Below are positions 39,851 to 50,776 of a DNA stretch of 64,000 nucleotides, one piece after another. Made by a program: the position numbers and the translations under genes. The DNA is from Vicinamibacterales bacterium (GTDB lineage Bacteria > Acidobacteriota > Vicinamibacteria > Vicinamibacterales > UBA8438), in assembly GCA_965262925.1 (NCBI GenBank), contig CBDHGC010000004.1:145112-209111 (forward strand). Reading direction: 5' to 3'. The first letter of the stretch is position 1. The number at the start of each line of letters is the position of its first letter. Below the pieces are notes generated by a model. The model was not told where the DNA came from. It was given only the letters and a program-made list of their open reading frames with translations, and made no database searches.

Positions 39851-41583
39851 GGAGCAACCAGAAGGTCGGCCGCAAGATCGACCAGCTCCAGGAAGTCGGC
39901 TACTCGACCCGAAGCCGACAGACCCGAACGGCGCGCCCGATCCGAGGCTGCCTGGAGCGAGACATCCGGGCGGGTCGGCGACCGGCGAAGAGCAAAACCG
40001 AACTCCGCCACCGCGCTGGCGAGCAGGAGCTGGGGCACCGGATCGGCACCGGCATCGTCGGCCGTAAAGACGGGCACCGACAACAGGTGGGAATCGGCGG
40101 CGCCGGGAGTACGGTAGCGGACCGAGACACGCAGAAGCTCGTCCGTCGCAGCGAGGTCCGTCAGAGCTCGCTGCTGGTAACGGAGAGGCTGTCGTGTGAC
40201 CAGATTGACAGCGCCCGGAACGATCTCGTAGAGGGCCGTCACCGAATGCCCGGCGCCGACGTCGCCCGCGTCGACGTCGGGGTCGGCGAACTGTTCGGGA
40301 GCCAGGCGCCGGTTCATGTAGCCGAGCAGGCGATAGCGCTCCACACGGGCCGGATTGAACTCTATCTGCAGCTTGAGGTCATCGGCGACAGGAGACAAAG
40401 CCGAGCCGAGCTGTTCCAGGAGCGCCCGCCGGGCCTCGGCCGGCGAATCCAGATAGTGATAGGCGCCGTTGCCCGAATCCGCGAGCCGGCCCAGCGTCTG
40501 GTCCTGAAGATTCCCCAGACCGACGCCGAAAACGCTGAGATATATCCCTGAGTCGACCTGACTCGCAACGAGGTCGACGGTCTCGCCAGGGCTGGACGGC
40601 CCGACGTTGAAGTCGCCATCGGTAACGAGAATGACCCGGTTGTGACCGTCGGTCACGAACTGCTGGCGAGCCAGCTGGTAGGCGAGCTCGATGCCCTCGG
40701 CGCCGGCGGTCGAACCGCCCGCCTCGAGCGCGGAAAGAGCACGATGCGCCTCCGCCTTCTGATCGCCAGAAACCGTTTCGAGCACCACACCGGCAGCACC
40801 GGCGTACACGACGATGGAAAGACGGTCCTGCGGGCGGAGCTGGTCTACAAGAAGCGCCATGCCACGGCGGACGAGCGGGAGCCTGTCGTCGCCGCTCATC
40901 GACCCTGAGACGTCGATCAGGAACACGAGGCTGGCCGGTAGACGGTCTTCACCGGGAATAGGCTCGGTGGAGAGACCAATCTGTAGCAACAGACCCTGGG
41001 GAGCCCAGGGTACAGGCGCAAGCGCCGTAAAGAGCGACACGGGATCGTCACCCTCAACCGGCGGATAATCGTAATCGAAGTAGTTCAGCAGCTCCTCGAT
41101 GCGAACTGCATCCGGCGGCGGAAGCCGGCCGCTGGTGAGCATCCGGCGAACCAGCGTATACGACGCAGTGTCGACATCCGCCGAAAAGGTGGACAGGGGA
41201 GCCAGAGCCACCGAAGAGAAGCCCGCCTCGTCGACGAAACCGAAGTCGTCCGTCGTGAACGGACCAGGCGAACCGGGCGAAGGCGCCATGATGCCCGACA
41301 CCGTTCTGGAGAACGCACGAGAGGCGCCACCAGGCATGGTGAGCGTTTCGGCGGCCGCAAGCGACAGGTCAGCGGGAGATGGGCGAGCCTCGGGCGCTCC
41401 GGAAGACTGCGGAGAAGGCTCCGGAGCAGTCACCGGTGGATCCGGGTCGGGCGACAGGGGCGCACCCGCAGGCGAAGACAGAACCGTGTCCTGCCCAACG
41501 GGCGCGAGCTCGGAAGGAGCCGGCTGACAACCCAGGGCCACGAGCAGGACACCTGGAACGACGAACGACCAGGATAGAGACAT
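39847..41583 (-). CDS. von Willebrand factor type A (vWA) domain lipoprotein
   Basis: Lipobox LVALGC, MIDAS motif DVSGSMSG, and YfbK-like N- and C-terminal extensions. The stop TAG lies in the CTAG at the IS junction. Confidence 0.85.
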   Translation of the reverse strand: MSLSWSFVVPGVLLVALGCQPAPSELAPVGQDTVLSSPAGAPLSPDPDPPVTAPEPSPQSSGAPEARPSPADLSLAAAETLTMPGGASRAFSRTVSGIMAPSPGSPGPFTTDDFGFVDEAGFSSVALAPLSTFSADVDTASYTLVRRMLTSGRLPPPDAVRIEELLNYFDYDYPPVEGDDPVSLFTALAPVPWAPQGLLLQIGLSTEPIPGEDRLPASLVFLIDVSGSMSGDDRLPLVRRGMALLVDQLRPQDRLSIVVYAGAAGVVLETVSGDQKAEAHRALSALEAGGSTAGAEGIELAYQLARQQFVTDGHNRVILVTDGDFNVGPSSPGETVDLVASQVDSGIYLSVFGVGLGNLQDQTLGRLADSGNGAYHYLDSPAEARRALLEQLGSALSPVADDLKLQIEFNPARVERYRLLGYMNRRLAPEQFADPDVDAGDVGAGHSVTALYEIVPGAVNLVTRQPLRYQQRALTDLAATDELLRVSVRYRTPGAADSHLLSVPVFTADDAGADPVPQLLLASAVAEFGFALRRSPTRPDVSLQAASDRARRSGLSASGRVADFLELVDLAADLLVAP

Positions 41584-41634
41584 TTGGGTCCTCCGAAAGA
41601 AGATGGAGCCACGCAGACGAGGAGAAAACGAAGC

Positions 41635-43240
41635 CTAGGAGTCTGCGCCGCAGAAAAACAGATGCGACAATTGTAGGCGAGCCGACGACGAAAGGACTCG
41701 ATGTCGACCACATTCCGCCCCTATGTGCCTGACCAGTCGCTGCTGTTGCCGCCCGACGTGCGGGAGTGGCTGCCCGAGGGCCACTTGGCGCACCATGTCA
41801 GCGATCTGGTGGACGGTCTGGATCTGACGGCGTTCTACGCTCTGTACGAGGGGGACGGCCGTCGCAACGCGCCGTATGAGCCTCGGATGATGGTGAAGGT
41901 GCTGCTCTACGCCTACGCGACGGGGGTATTCTCGTCGCGCCGGGTCGCTCGGAAGCTGGAAGAGGACGTTGGTTTCCGGGTGCTGGCGGCGGGCAACTTT
42001 CCGCAACACCGGACGCTGTGCGAGTTTCGGCGGCGGCACCTGGAGGATTTCCAGGCGCTGTTCGTGGAGGTGGTCCGTCTGGCGCAGGAGTTGGGTCTGG
42101 CGCGCTTGGGGAAGCTGTCGATTGACGGGACGAAGGTGCGCGCGAACGCGAGTAAGCGCAAGGCGATGAGCTACGACCGGATGCAGGAAGAGGAACAGCG
42201 CCTGGAAAGCGAGATCGAGGCGCTGTTGCGTCAGGCGGATGCGGTTGACGAGGCCGAGGACTCGCGCTTGGGCGCGGAGGTTCGGGGCGACGATCTGCCG
42301 GCGGAGTTGCGTCGGCGAGAAGAGCGTCTGGCGGCGATCCGGGAAGCGAAGGCGCGTCTGGAAGCGGCGGCTCGGGCGGCGGACGACGCGCGGGGTCGGC
42401 AGCCGGGGCAGGATCGGAACCCGAAGGGCGGTCGGCCGTACAAGCGGGCGTATGGCGAGCCGGACGAGAAAGCGCAGAGCAACTTCACGGACCCGGAAAG
42501 CTCGATCATGAAGACGAGCAACGAGGGATTCCAGCAGTGCTACAACGCGCAGGTGACGGTGGACGCGGAGCACCAGTTGGTGGTGGCGACGGACCTGACG
42601 GCGAACGCGAGCGACCAGGGTGAGTTGCCGGTGTTGCTCGACGCGGTAAAGGAGACGTTCGCCGCGCAGCCGGAGACGGTGCTGGCCGATGCGGGGTACT
42701 GCAACGAGCGGGACCTGACGGACCTGGAAAAGCGGGGCATTGACGGGTATGTGGCGCTGGGCCGGGAGGGTAAGCAGACGGCTACCCGTGATCGGGAGGC
42801 CCATCCGGCGACGGGTCGCATGGTGGAGAAGCTGGCGACGCCGGCGGGCCGCACGGCGTATGCGGAGCGCAAGTGGTTGTCGGAGGCTCCCAACGGTTGG
42901 ATCAAGCACGTGCTGGGATTTCGGCGCTTCAGCCTGCGCGGACTCGCGAAGGTGCGGTGCGAGTGGGACCTGGTGTGCCTGGCGTTGAACGTCAAACGCC
43001 TGCAGCCGCTGATGGCGGCGTAGAAGGCAGGAGATGAGGCTCCCAACGGCGACAAATCGATGCGCATCGCGGTCTCTGGCGGGCCATGCGGCCCGCGAGG
43101 ACCGAATTTCGTCATCTGTTCGCCAACTACCGAAAATCCACCCCGCCCCGCTGACCGGCGAAGTCGCCCCGACACGTGACTCAGGTCGTGGGCCGGCGAC
43201 CCGTTGCGTGCCGCAAATCTCCTGCGGCGCAGACTCCTAG
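41635..43240 (+). mobile_element. IS1182-type element, copy B, complete
   Basis: Inverted repeats CTAGGAGTCTGCGCCGCAG / CTGCGGCGCAGACTCCTAG, with CTAG at both ends as the likely target. Confidence 0.85.
41701..43023 (+). CDS. IS1182-type DDE transposase
   Basis: 440 aa, with a few substitutions relative to copy A. Confidence 0.85.
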   Translation: MSTTFRPYVPDQSLLLPPDVREWLPEGHLAHHVSDLVDGLDLTAFYALYEGDGRRNAPYEPRMMVKVLLYAYATGVFSSRRVARKLEEDVGFRVLAAGNFPQHRTLCEFRRRHLEDFQALFVEVVRLAQELGLARLGKLSIDGTKVRANASKRKAMSYDRMQEEEQRLESEIEALLRQADAVDEAEDSRLGAEVRGDDLPAELRRREERLAAIREAKARLEAAARAADDARGRQPGQDRNPKGGRPYKRAYGEPDEKAQSNFTDPESSIMKTSNEGFQQCYNAQVTVDAEHQLVVATDLTANASDQGELPVLLDAVKETFAAQPETVLADAGYCNERDLTDLEKRGIDGYVALGREGKQTATRDREAHPATGRMVEKLATPAGRTAYAERKWLSEAPNGWIKHVLGFRRFSLRGLAKVRCEWDLVCLALNVKRLQPLMAA

Positions 43241-43346
43241 CACGCGGCCGGGAATCGAGGCGGATAGCACGGATGCTACAGGACACCGCGAGCTCAAGGC
43301 ACCCGGGTACGATCGCCGGCAGGAACAGAGAGAGCAGAAAGCCAAA

Positions 43347-44225
43347 ATGAGTCCAGACAGCATCAGCGGCGGAGCCGGCCGATTGGTGAAACTGGCCGAA
43401 CGGGCCGAAACGGCCGAGAAGACCGGTGCCGGCGGAAGGACGCAACAGGCCGAAGCCTTCGCACGGCTGCTGGCTCACGGGATCGCCGCGGGAAACGGCC
43501 CCGGCGGCCACGGGGCATTCATACAGGCGCTGGCCGAGCAGGGCCCCCCACTCACACTAGGATGGATCCAGGGCCGACTCCACGTCCGAAACCCGAAGGC
43601 GGTATATCGGGACCCCATGAAGTGGCGGACGCGAGGCGTGCGAGAACGAGCGGTCGAAGGGGACGCCCCTGAGATACGAATCGCCAGGTGCCTGCAGACA
43701 TGGAGCAGGATGCGGCGCTGGAACGAAACGAACACGTGCGGAATCGGGATCGAGGGATGGTACGAAATCCTGGAGGCCGTGACGGCCACGGCCGCCCGAT
43801 TGAAGGCCAACGCCAAGACACTGCGGACGATAGCCGGCAGCGGCCGGCTGTACACGCCCGGAAGTGAAGGCACCGGGACCACGATCGAGCTTGACAACCG
43901 CAAGGAAAGCATCGAGCTATGGCTGCGGACGACGAGACGAGCGGTACTGGCGCCCGAGACGACGCCGCACGGCCACGGCAATAACGTCCTGCGACTGAAA
44001 TGGACCAGCGAGAACGGGCTTGTACTGGGCCCTGCCGAAGCCGCAACGATCATGGCAGGACGGATCATCGCCGACGCCAGGCGAAGGTACGCCAACATGC
44101 CAAACACCGCCGGCTGGCACCAGCTGCTGCGGGAGCTCGCCGCACGGACGAGCATCTCGAGCCAACATGCGGACGACGCTACCGACTGGGTGGCGGTCGA
44201 CACGGAGAGCAACCGACAGAGCTGA
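43347..44225 (+). CDS. Hypothetical protein
   Basis: 292-aa ORF with protein-like composition on the purine-rich coding strand. No motif recognised. Confidence 0.5.
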   Translation: MSPDSISGGAGRLVKLAERAETAEKTGAGGRTQQAEAFARLLAHGIAAGNGPGGHGAFIQALAEQGPPLTLGWIQGRLHVRNPKAVYRDPMKWRTRGVRERAVEGDAPEIRIARCLQTWSRMRRWNETNTCGIGIEGWYEILEAVTATAARLKANAKTLRTIAGSGRLYTPGSEGTGTTIELDNRKESIELWLRTTRRAVLAPETTPHGHGNNVLRLKWTSENGLVLGPAEAATIMAGRIIADARRRYANMPNTAGWHQLLRELAARTSISSQHADDATDWVAVDTESNRQS

Positions 44226-44237
44226 GGGGGCGAAGCA

Positions 44238-44966
44238 ATGACCACAAGAGGCATGGGCGAGACGCCCCGGAGGGGAACGCACACACGGCGCCAATGGCGC
44301 TTGATCCTAGTACGGATCGGCCTGATGCTTGACGCGAACCACAGGACGGAGTCCTGGATCGAGCCGGGCTGCCGGCTAGGAGGCGCCTATCTGGGAACCA
44401 AGAGCTCGCGAGCCCTGCTGATCGGGGCCGTAGCCGTAACGACCGGAGCCCGGCCCGAACACGTAGCACACCAGACACGACAGCAATACTGGCCGAAGAA
44501 CGTGAGCGGAACAGCCAGCAGCGGGAAAACGTTCGCTACGGGGTGGCGGATCGGGATACGCGAGGCGGTCTGGAGACCGGGCCGGTGGACGAGCGAGAGC
44601 TTGCAGCCGAAGGCAGGCATGCGCCTGGCAACCATCAGCTACGAACGCAGCAGGAACGGAATGAGCACCGGTTTCGCGGACCCGGCGACAACCGAAACGG
44701 CAGCGTACTCGGTAGAGACCGTCAAACCGATGATCAAGAGAGCAGCACTCGGACTGGACTGGAAAAACGACGTGCCGAGCCTGCAAGAGCTGTTGGCCAC
44801 AGTAGCCGGCTGGACGAACGGCGACACGGGACCGATCACGGCAAGCGCAACGAACGACAACGACACCTTGAGAGTCGAGCAGCTCGAGGTGCGCGAAGGA
44901 AGCGAGACCGCCCGGAAGGTGGACGAGTACCTCAGAGGCCGGCCAGCAACAGCCCGGCCGCAATGA
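44238..44966 (+). CDS. Hypothetical protein
   Basis: 242-aa ORF starting 13 nt after the previous stop. No motif recognised. Confidence 0.45.
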   Translation: MTTRGMGETPRRGTHTRRQWRLILVRIGLMLDANHRTESWIEPGCRLGGAYLGTKSSRALLIGAVAVTTGARPEHVAHQTRQQYWPKNVSGTASSGKTFATGWRIGIREAVWRPGRWTSESLQPKAGMRLATISYERSRNGMSTGFADPATTETAAYSVETVKPMIKRAALGLDWKNDVPSLQELLATVAGWTNGDTGPITASATNDNDTLRVEQLEVREGSETARKVDEYLRGRPATARPQ

Positions 44967-45161
44967 CAACCGCGGCTACCCCACCGTAGCAGACCCACAG
45001 CGCCGGGGAGCCGTGGATCAGCACGGAGCCCCGCCTGAAGTCCCGAATCACCAGCACGGTGGCAACGAGCAGGCAACTCAGCGCTACGACGAGGAAGACG
45101 CCCGAGAACGCAGCGAACCGCAGGGGCGGTGCCGCCGCCTGCAACGCAAGAAACAGCAACA

Positions 45162-45854
45162 TCATGACCGCGCTCCGGAAAGCGCCGCCTCGAGTGCGCG
45201 CCCGGCCGGGTCGAGGCCGCGCGAGAAGGAACGGCAGGCCGAGAAGAAGAACTGCGGGTCCGACGCCAAGCGAGCCAGATCGAGACCACGCCCGGCCAGG
45301 CCGACGATCAGGGCAAGGGCGTAGGCCGACGAGAGGCGAGAGAACATCAGCCGCGGAACGAACACCGCAGAATACGAACGAGCCGGCAGCGCCCACGCCA
45401 AACCAGGCCCCAGATCCAGCAGGTGCAGGACGAGAAACGCATAGACCCAGTGCACGGGCGCCGGACCGACTATCAGGCCGCCGTGCGGTGCGCCAAGACC
45501 GATTACCGCAAGAGGCTGGCCGGTATGCGGATCCGGCGGAAGCAGATCGAGCGGAGCGCCGGCCAGAACGTGCGCCACCGCCAGCGGGAGCGGGAGAACG
45601 ACACCATCGACCAGGGTAAGAGAAGGCAGGACGGGAACCGGAACCGCCCCGACGAACGGGCCCAGTTCGAGAGCCGACACATCGAGAAGCGGCCCACGGC
45701 CGGCCATTCTGGCAGCGCGCGCAAGCCGGCGCAGGACGGTGGCGGGCGCCGCGGAGAGCACGGGTCCGATGAGACACGAGACCGTACTGTCGACCAGGAG
45801 CGAGTCCGAGTCCGTGCCGGGTTGCCAGAGAACGCACGAGAGGTCGTCAGCCAC
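45162..45854 (-). CDS. Hydrophobic (membrane) protein, possibly frameshifted near 45200
   Basis: Multiple hydrophobic segments. A further TM-rich tail (to ~44963) lies in another frame of the same strand. Confidence 0.35.
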   Translation of the reverse strand: MADDLSCVLWQPGTDSDSLLVDSTVSCLIGPVLSAAPATVLRRLARAARMAGRGPLLDVSALELGPFVGAVPVPVLPSLTLVDGVVLPLPLAVAHVLAGAPLDLLPPDPHTGQPLAVIGLGAPHGGLIVGPAPVHWVYAFLVLHLLDLGPGLAWALPARSYSAVFVPRLMFSRLSSAYALALIVGLAGRGLDLARLASDPQFFFSACRSFSRGLDPAGRALEAALSGARS

Positions 45855-47374
45855 GCCGGCGACCCTTCCTGGATGAATCGCCGGTGGCAGCCGGCTTGGC
45901 CGCCTGCAGCAGGTAGCCCGAACACAACGGCCACGCCTGGCACAGATGAAGATGTCCGCCGGTCGACAGCTTCCAGCGGGTCATGGAGCCGTGGCACGTC
46001 GAACAACGGTCCTGGAGACGCTGGTCCGCAGCCGCCTGCTCCTCGGCGCCCTTGCGGTCCGACTCAACCTTCGGCGTCTTGCGCCGAGCGCGCTTCGGAG
46101 CCCAGCTGAGCTCGACCGGATCCGGACAGTGGCGGCAGGCGACGACAAGCTGCCTGTCGACGAACACCAGCGCACGGGGCCCGCCGCACGCCGGGCACGG
46201 GTACCCGTCGACCAGAGTGACATCCGGTCGCCGGAAGGCTGCATCGGCGCCAGCGCTCTCCACATCCGGGTGGAAACGCGCATAGAACGCGTCGAGGAAC
46301 TCGATGTGATCCTGCTTGCCTTGCGCGATCTGATCGAACGACGCCTCCACGGACGCGGTGAAACCTAGATCGCAGACAGCGGGAAAGTGCCGGACGAGCC
46401 TGTCACAGACCAGGCGTCCAAGGGGAGTGACGACGAACACGCGCGCGTCGAGAAAGGCGTACGCGCGGTCGATGAGCGTCCGCAGCGTGTTGGCGTAGGT
46501 GGACGGTCGACCGACCCCCTCGGCTTCAAGCTGCGCAACCAGCGATGCTTCCGTGAAACGGGGCGGTGGCTTGGTCCAGCCTTCCGCCAGCTTCACATCC
46601 GCGGTGCCTTCGCGAACCGACCAGGTCGCGCCGACGTCGACAGGCGGAACGACCGGCGCATCGTCCGCCGCCGACTCCGGAGGAAGCACCCGGTAGTAGC
46701 CCGGACTGACGAGGACGCGCCCCTTGGCGACGAGCGAATCGCCGGTGGACGCAGCCACCGTCCAGGTAACGCGCTCGATGAGCGCAGGATGCATCTGCGA
46801 CGCGAGCAACCGTCGGCGGATGAGATCGTACAGACGCGCCTGAAGCGGGTCCTGAATAGCCAGGTCGGCCGCCGAGGCCGCCGAATTGGTCGGCCGGATG
46901 GCCTCATGAGCCTCCTGCGCACCGGACTTGGCCGCATACGAAGGCGGGGCGTCAGGTACCGCGTCGGCACCGAACGCCTGCTGCAGATAGCTGCGGGCCG
47001 CAGCCTGCGCATCCGGGGCGACGAAAACCGCGTCGGTCCGCATGTACGTGATCGCGCCGGCCTCGTACAGCTTCTGGGCAGCCGCCATCGTGTCCGACAC
47101 CGACGCCTTCAGCCGGGACGAGGCCGCCTGCTGGAGCATCGACGTGGTGAACGGCGCCTTCGGCTTCTGACGCACACGCGTACGGTCGACGTCGGCAAGC
47201 GTGAAGACGCTGGCGGCCAGACGCTCCACGTGGGCTTCCACGTCGCCGCGCTCGTCGTAACGGAGCACGGCGCCGTCGCCATCGACCAGCTGCGCGACAA
47301 CAGGATCAGTTTGGCCGGAGACCGTAAGATGCACATCCACGCCATAGAACGCCCGGGCGGAGAAGATACGGATA

Positions 47375-48959
47375 GGGCGCATTCCCGATTTCCCGGTCAC
47401 GCGCTCACACCCACCGGCGTCATGGCCATCCGCTGCAAACAGTTCCATCTGCCGGACTTATAGAAAGACCGCAGGAGAAGAATCGCGTCGACGCTCTCCG
47501 GTAGCCAATAGATGGAGGCGCCCTTGATGCGGAGATTGATGACGCGACGGATGGCGCTTTCGACGGCACCGCTGCCCCGCGGAAGCCCGAGCCCGACCAT
47601 TGTGGTGTAGGCGAAACGATGACGGTTCTTCAGGAAGTAGTTGAGGTGCGTGCGGATCTTGCCGGCCGTGCGCCCGCGGCACAGCTCCCGCAGGGCCGTG
47701 ATCACCTCGTCCACCCGTGCTCGCTTGAGCAGCCCCCGCGTGCGGTTGAGCCAGCGGGTGCGTTGCGTCGCGCTCCAGCGGCGCAGCTTGACCGCGTCGG
47801 AGAGTTGCTTCGCGGCATGATAGAAGTCGATCAGCCCCAGCACCTGTGTCGGCGAGAGCCCGAGCGCGGCGATGAGGCGCGGGATGCGTTGCCAGATCCA
47901 GGGCGCGCCGTCGGCGATGAAGAGCACCTTGTCAGCGGCGTTGAGGCCGATCTGCCGCGCGTACGACAACAGCAGGGCGAAGACCGCCTCCGGTCCCCGG
48001 AGCGTGCCGTCGATGATCGGGGCCCCCGTCTGAGACGGTCGCCCGTCGTCGCCGACGACGTACAGGATGAGGAGCTTCGGTTCCTTCCAGTCGGTATGGA
48101 ATCGGTTGCGCCCCTTCTTCGTCTTGGGGCCACGCTTCTTGCGCCTCACACGGACGCGGCCCCCGTCGAGGGAGACGACCACCCGCTTCCCGGTCACGCG
48201 GTCCAGCAGGCCGCACGCCGCGCTCTGCTGGGCCGCTCGGGCCCGCGCAGCGTAGCGATAGGCGGTCGAGCGGAGGGTCTTGATATCCAGGGCGATGCCG
48301 TCGGAGCGGAGCTGCGCCTGCGCTTCGGCCAGCGAGCTGAGCATGGCGACCGCGCGGCTTGCATCCGAGGCCAGCTTCGGCGTGCACCGGTCGTAGATGC
48401 CCAGCACCACCAAGGCGGGGTAGAGTCCCGGCCTCCGCTTCGCCCGACGGGCGTGTTTCTCGCGGTAATACGGCGTCGTGACCGGCACCGTCGTGCCCCG
48501 GGAGGTGCGAACGTTGACGGTCTCCAGGCCGTCGCTCCGCATCCGCCGGGGCAGGTGGCGCACGAGGGCGCTCGCCGCGTCGCCAACCGCGGCGGAGCGC
48601 ACCGCGCGTTGCAGCACGGGGGTGAGGAGGGCGCCGAAGAACTCGTCCGCGATGGCCCGCAGCTGCTCTTCGCACTGCTCCGCTTCCTCTGCCGACCTGG
48701 GCGCTCGAGCACGCGCCTCAAACTCCAGCGCCCGCCGGAGGGCAGTGCGCAGGTGGACGGGAATGTTGCCAAGATCGATCTCGCGGCTCGGGGTGTCGAT
48801 GGCGCTCTTGTCCATTTCAACGCACCATCATGGGCAGTCCGAGCCGTAATGTCCAGTACCACCCTCCCCGTCTGTCCGAAGACCGGCTCAACCTCCCCCA
48901 GCCTCACAGTCCATCTTTGCCTACACACTGCACTGCTCCGGGAAATCGGGAATGCGCCC
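47375..48959 (-). mobile_element. ISKra4-like insertion sequence, copy 2, intact
   Basis: Same 22-bp inverted repeats as copy 1. 8-bp duplication TACGGATA (47367..47374 and 48960..48967). Confidence 0.9.
47397..48815 (-). CDS. ISKra4-like DDE transposase
   Basis: 472-aa intact ORF with LSLDGGRVRV, IADGAPWIW, LIDFYHAAKQL and GSGAVESAIRRV blocks. Confidence 0.8.
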   Translation of the reverse strand: MDKSAIDTPSREIDLGNIPVHLRTALRRALEFEARARAPRSAEEAEQCEEQLRAIADEFFGALLTPVLQRAVRSAAVGDAASALVRHLPRRMRSDGLETVNVRTSRGTTVPVTTPYYREKHARRAKRRPGLYPALVVLGIYDRCTPKLASDASRAVAMLSSLAEAQAQLRSDGIALDIKTLRSTAYRYAARARAAQQSAACGLLDRVTGKRVVVSLDGGRVRVRRKKRGPKTKKGRNRFHTDWKEPKLLILYVVGDDGRPSQTGAPIIDGTLRGPEAVFALLLSYARQIGLNAADKVLFIADGAPWIWQRIPRLIAALGLSPTQVLGLIDFYHAAKQLSDAVKLRRWSATQRTRWLNRTRGLLKRARVDEVITALRELCRGRTAGKIRTHLNYFLKNRHRFAYTTMVGLGLPRGSGAVESAIRRVINLRIKGASIYWLPESVDAILLLRSFYKSGRWNCLQRMAMTPVGVSA

Positions 48960-49675
48960 TACGGATACGTTCGTCCCGGTCCACAAGGACCTTGAGGGCG
49001 GCAGACTGGACACGGCCGGCCGACAGCCCGGGCATCAGGCGTTGACAGAGCAGCGGAGACAGCTCATAGCCGACGATGCGATCCAGGAAACGCCGCGCCA
49101 TCTGGGCACGCACGAGCGCCTGGTCGACCGTGCGGGGCTTCTCGAACGCGGCAAGCACGGCCGGAGCTGTAATCTCCGAAAAGGTGACGCGCCGAAACCG
49201 GGAAGGGTCGCCGCCCAGGATGTCCGCCAGGTGCCAGGCAATGGCCTCGCCCTCGCGGTCGAGGTCGGTGGCCAGATAGACGGTGCCGGTACTGCCGGCC
49301 GCCTCAAGCTGACGAACAACGTCTTCCTTGCCGGGAATGATCTGCCACGACGGCCGCCAGCCGTCGGAGACATCGAGGCCCACGCCGGAGCCGGCCGGGG
49401 CACGGGCACCGGACGCCGGCGTCCTCGATGCAGACTTGCCCTTGCCTCCTGCAGCCTTGGTCGGAAGGTCTCTGACATGTCCGAGCGAAGCCCGTACGGT
49501 ATAGGCGTCACCCAGGATCTTGTTGATCTTGCGGGTCTTGCCGGGACTCTCTACGATGACAAGCGTGCGTTGCGCCATGATTTGAACGGCTGCAACGGAC
49601 AGACAGCGGTGAACCGGTCCGCGGGACGACCGAAGAACAGCCGGCGAAAGGGTATCTACGACTAACCTGCAGCGC

Positions 49676-50776
49676 ATGACGCAACGAACGCTCAATCCCG
49701 CCAGCCGGCACCACGAACAGCTGCACCGGATCGCGCTGCTGGCCGCCGCCCACCAATGGCTGAACTCGGACCGGAGCAAAGCGCCGGCCTACCCGGAAAT
49801 CGAACCTGTAGACACCGGCAACGGCCACAGGGACCTGTTAATCCGGAGCACGGCGATCGAGACCGCCGAAAACGGGACCCTGCGCCTGAGCGATACAGCA
49901 GCCGCGCTCCAGCTGCTTCGCGAAGAGGCCGGACACGCCGACGCACGCCATCCAGAGTGGGACACCATGAACCCGGAGAAGGGCCAATGGCACCTGCGCC
50001 CCAGCGAGATGCGGATCGTGCTGGCCAGCCAACCCGGAACGTTGAACCAGATCGTCTACCCCACACGGCGGGCAGCCGACGGAACCGAACGCAACATCCG
50101 GATCGAGTACCAGGCGGACAGGGACGGCAAGGCAGAGGCCAACGATACAAGAGGAGAACCAGCCTGGACAGGACACCTGACACTAGGCGTGCGCCTGCTG
50201 CGCCTGAGCGCTCCCGACGCACGCGCAATCTGGGAGAACCTGGCCCGGGCGCCCGAAAACGACCACAGAACGCCGCCGCAACTACCGGAACCAGGCGGCT
50301 ACGGACGGCTGGCCGGGACCTACGCGGCCTGCCAATGGATGAGCGGAGCCTGGAGCACGCCGCCGCCGGACGAGGTCCTCAAGGAGATCGAGACCACACT
50401 GGGGACAGATCCGAAACGGGCATGGGGTGGCGTCGGCGACCGGAAATGGCGTTACGAGAGCGAATCCGACGCCGTGGCTGCAATGCGCACGGAAGCCGCG
50501 AGATCACTGGCCATCCGCCGGATCGGATGGACACGGCCCGAGCCTTCGGCCGGAGCGCCAGTGCGGGCCGATCAGGCCCGAGTGGTGATAGGTGGAGGCG
50601 AGCTGATATGCCGCATAGCGATGAACGGCCAGCTGACCGACCCGCAGCCACCGGGAATCGAAGAAGACGACTGGAGAGGCCGCTGGACGCCTGACACGAC
50701 GAATGCCGTCGAGCACCTGCACATGCTCGCCGCGCACTGGCTCGCAGGACTACTGCACCTGACGCGGCCCGCTTGA
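49676..50776 (+). CDS. Hypothetical protein
   Basis: 366-aa ORF divergent from topA. Its stop overlaps the next start. No motif recognised. Confidence 0.5.
   Translation: MTQRTLNPASRHHEQLHRIALLAAAHQWLNSDRSKAPAYPEIEPVDTGNGHRDLLIRSTAIETAENGTLRLSDTAAALQLLREEAGHADARHPEWDTMNPEKGQWHLRPSEMRIVLASQPGTLNQIVYPTRRAADGTERNIRIEYQADRDGKAEANDTRGEPAWTGHLTLGVRLLRLSAPDARAIWENLARAPENDHRTPPQLPEPGGYGRLAGTYAACQWMSGAWSTPPPDEVLKEIETTLGTDPKRAWGGVGDRKWRYESESDAVAAMRTEAARSLAIRRIGWTRPEPSAGAPVRADQARVVIGGGELICRIAMNGQLTDPQPPGIEEDDWRGRWTPDTTNAVEHLHMLAAHWLAGLLHLTRPA

Larger units (their letters stand above)
45847..49578 (-). pseudogene. topA: Type IA DNA topoisomerase (Topo I-like) interrupted by an ISKra4-like element
   Basis: N-part MAQRTLVIVESPGKTRKINKILG...DLDREGEAIAWH (Toprim), 49578 down to 48960. 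C-part IRIFSARAFYG...GRPSTYA...CPACGG...CSTCHG, 47374 down to 45847. The halves join in frame once the IS and one copy of the duplication are removed. Confidence 0.85.

Noticed and set aside
38269-42909. 461-aa and 424-aa minus-strand ORFs opposite the IS1182-type transposases
   Set aside because: They are antisense shadows with Arg/Leu/Pro/Gln-rich repetitive translation. The plus-strand transposase frames carry the recognisable motifs.
38298-43240. Active composite transposon carrying the vWA gene
   Set aside because: Copy A lacks its outer inverted repeat, so the two outer ends needed for composite transposition are not both present.
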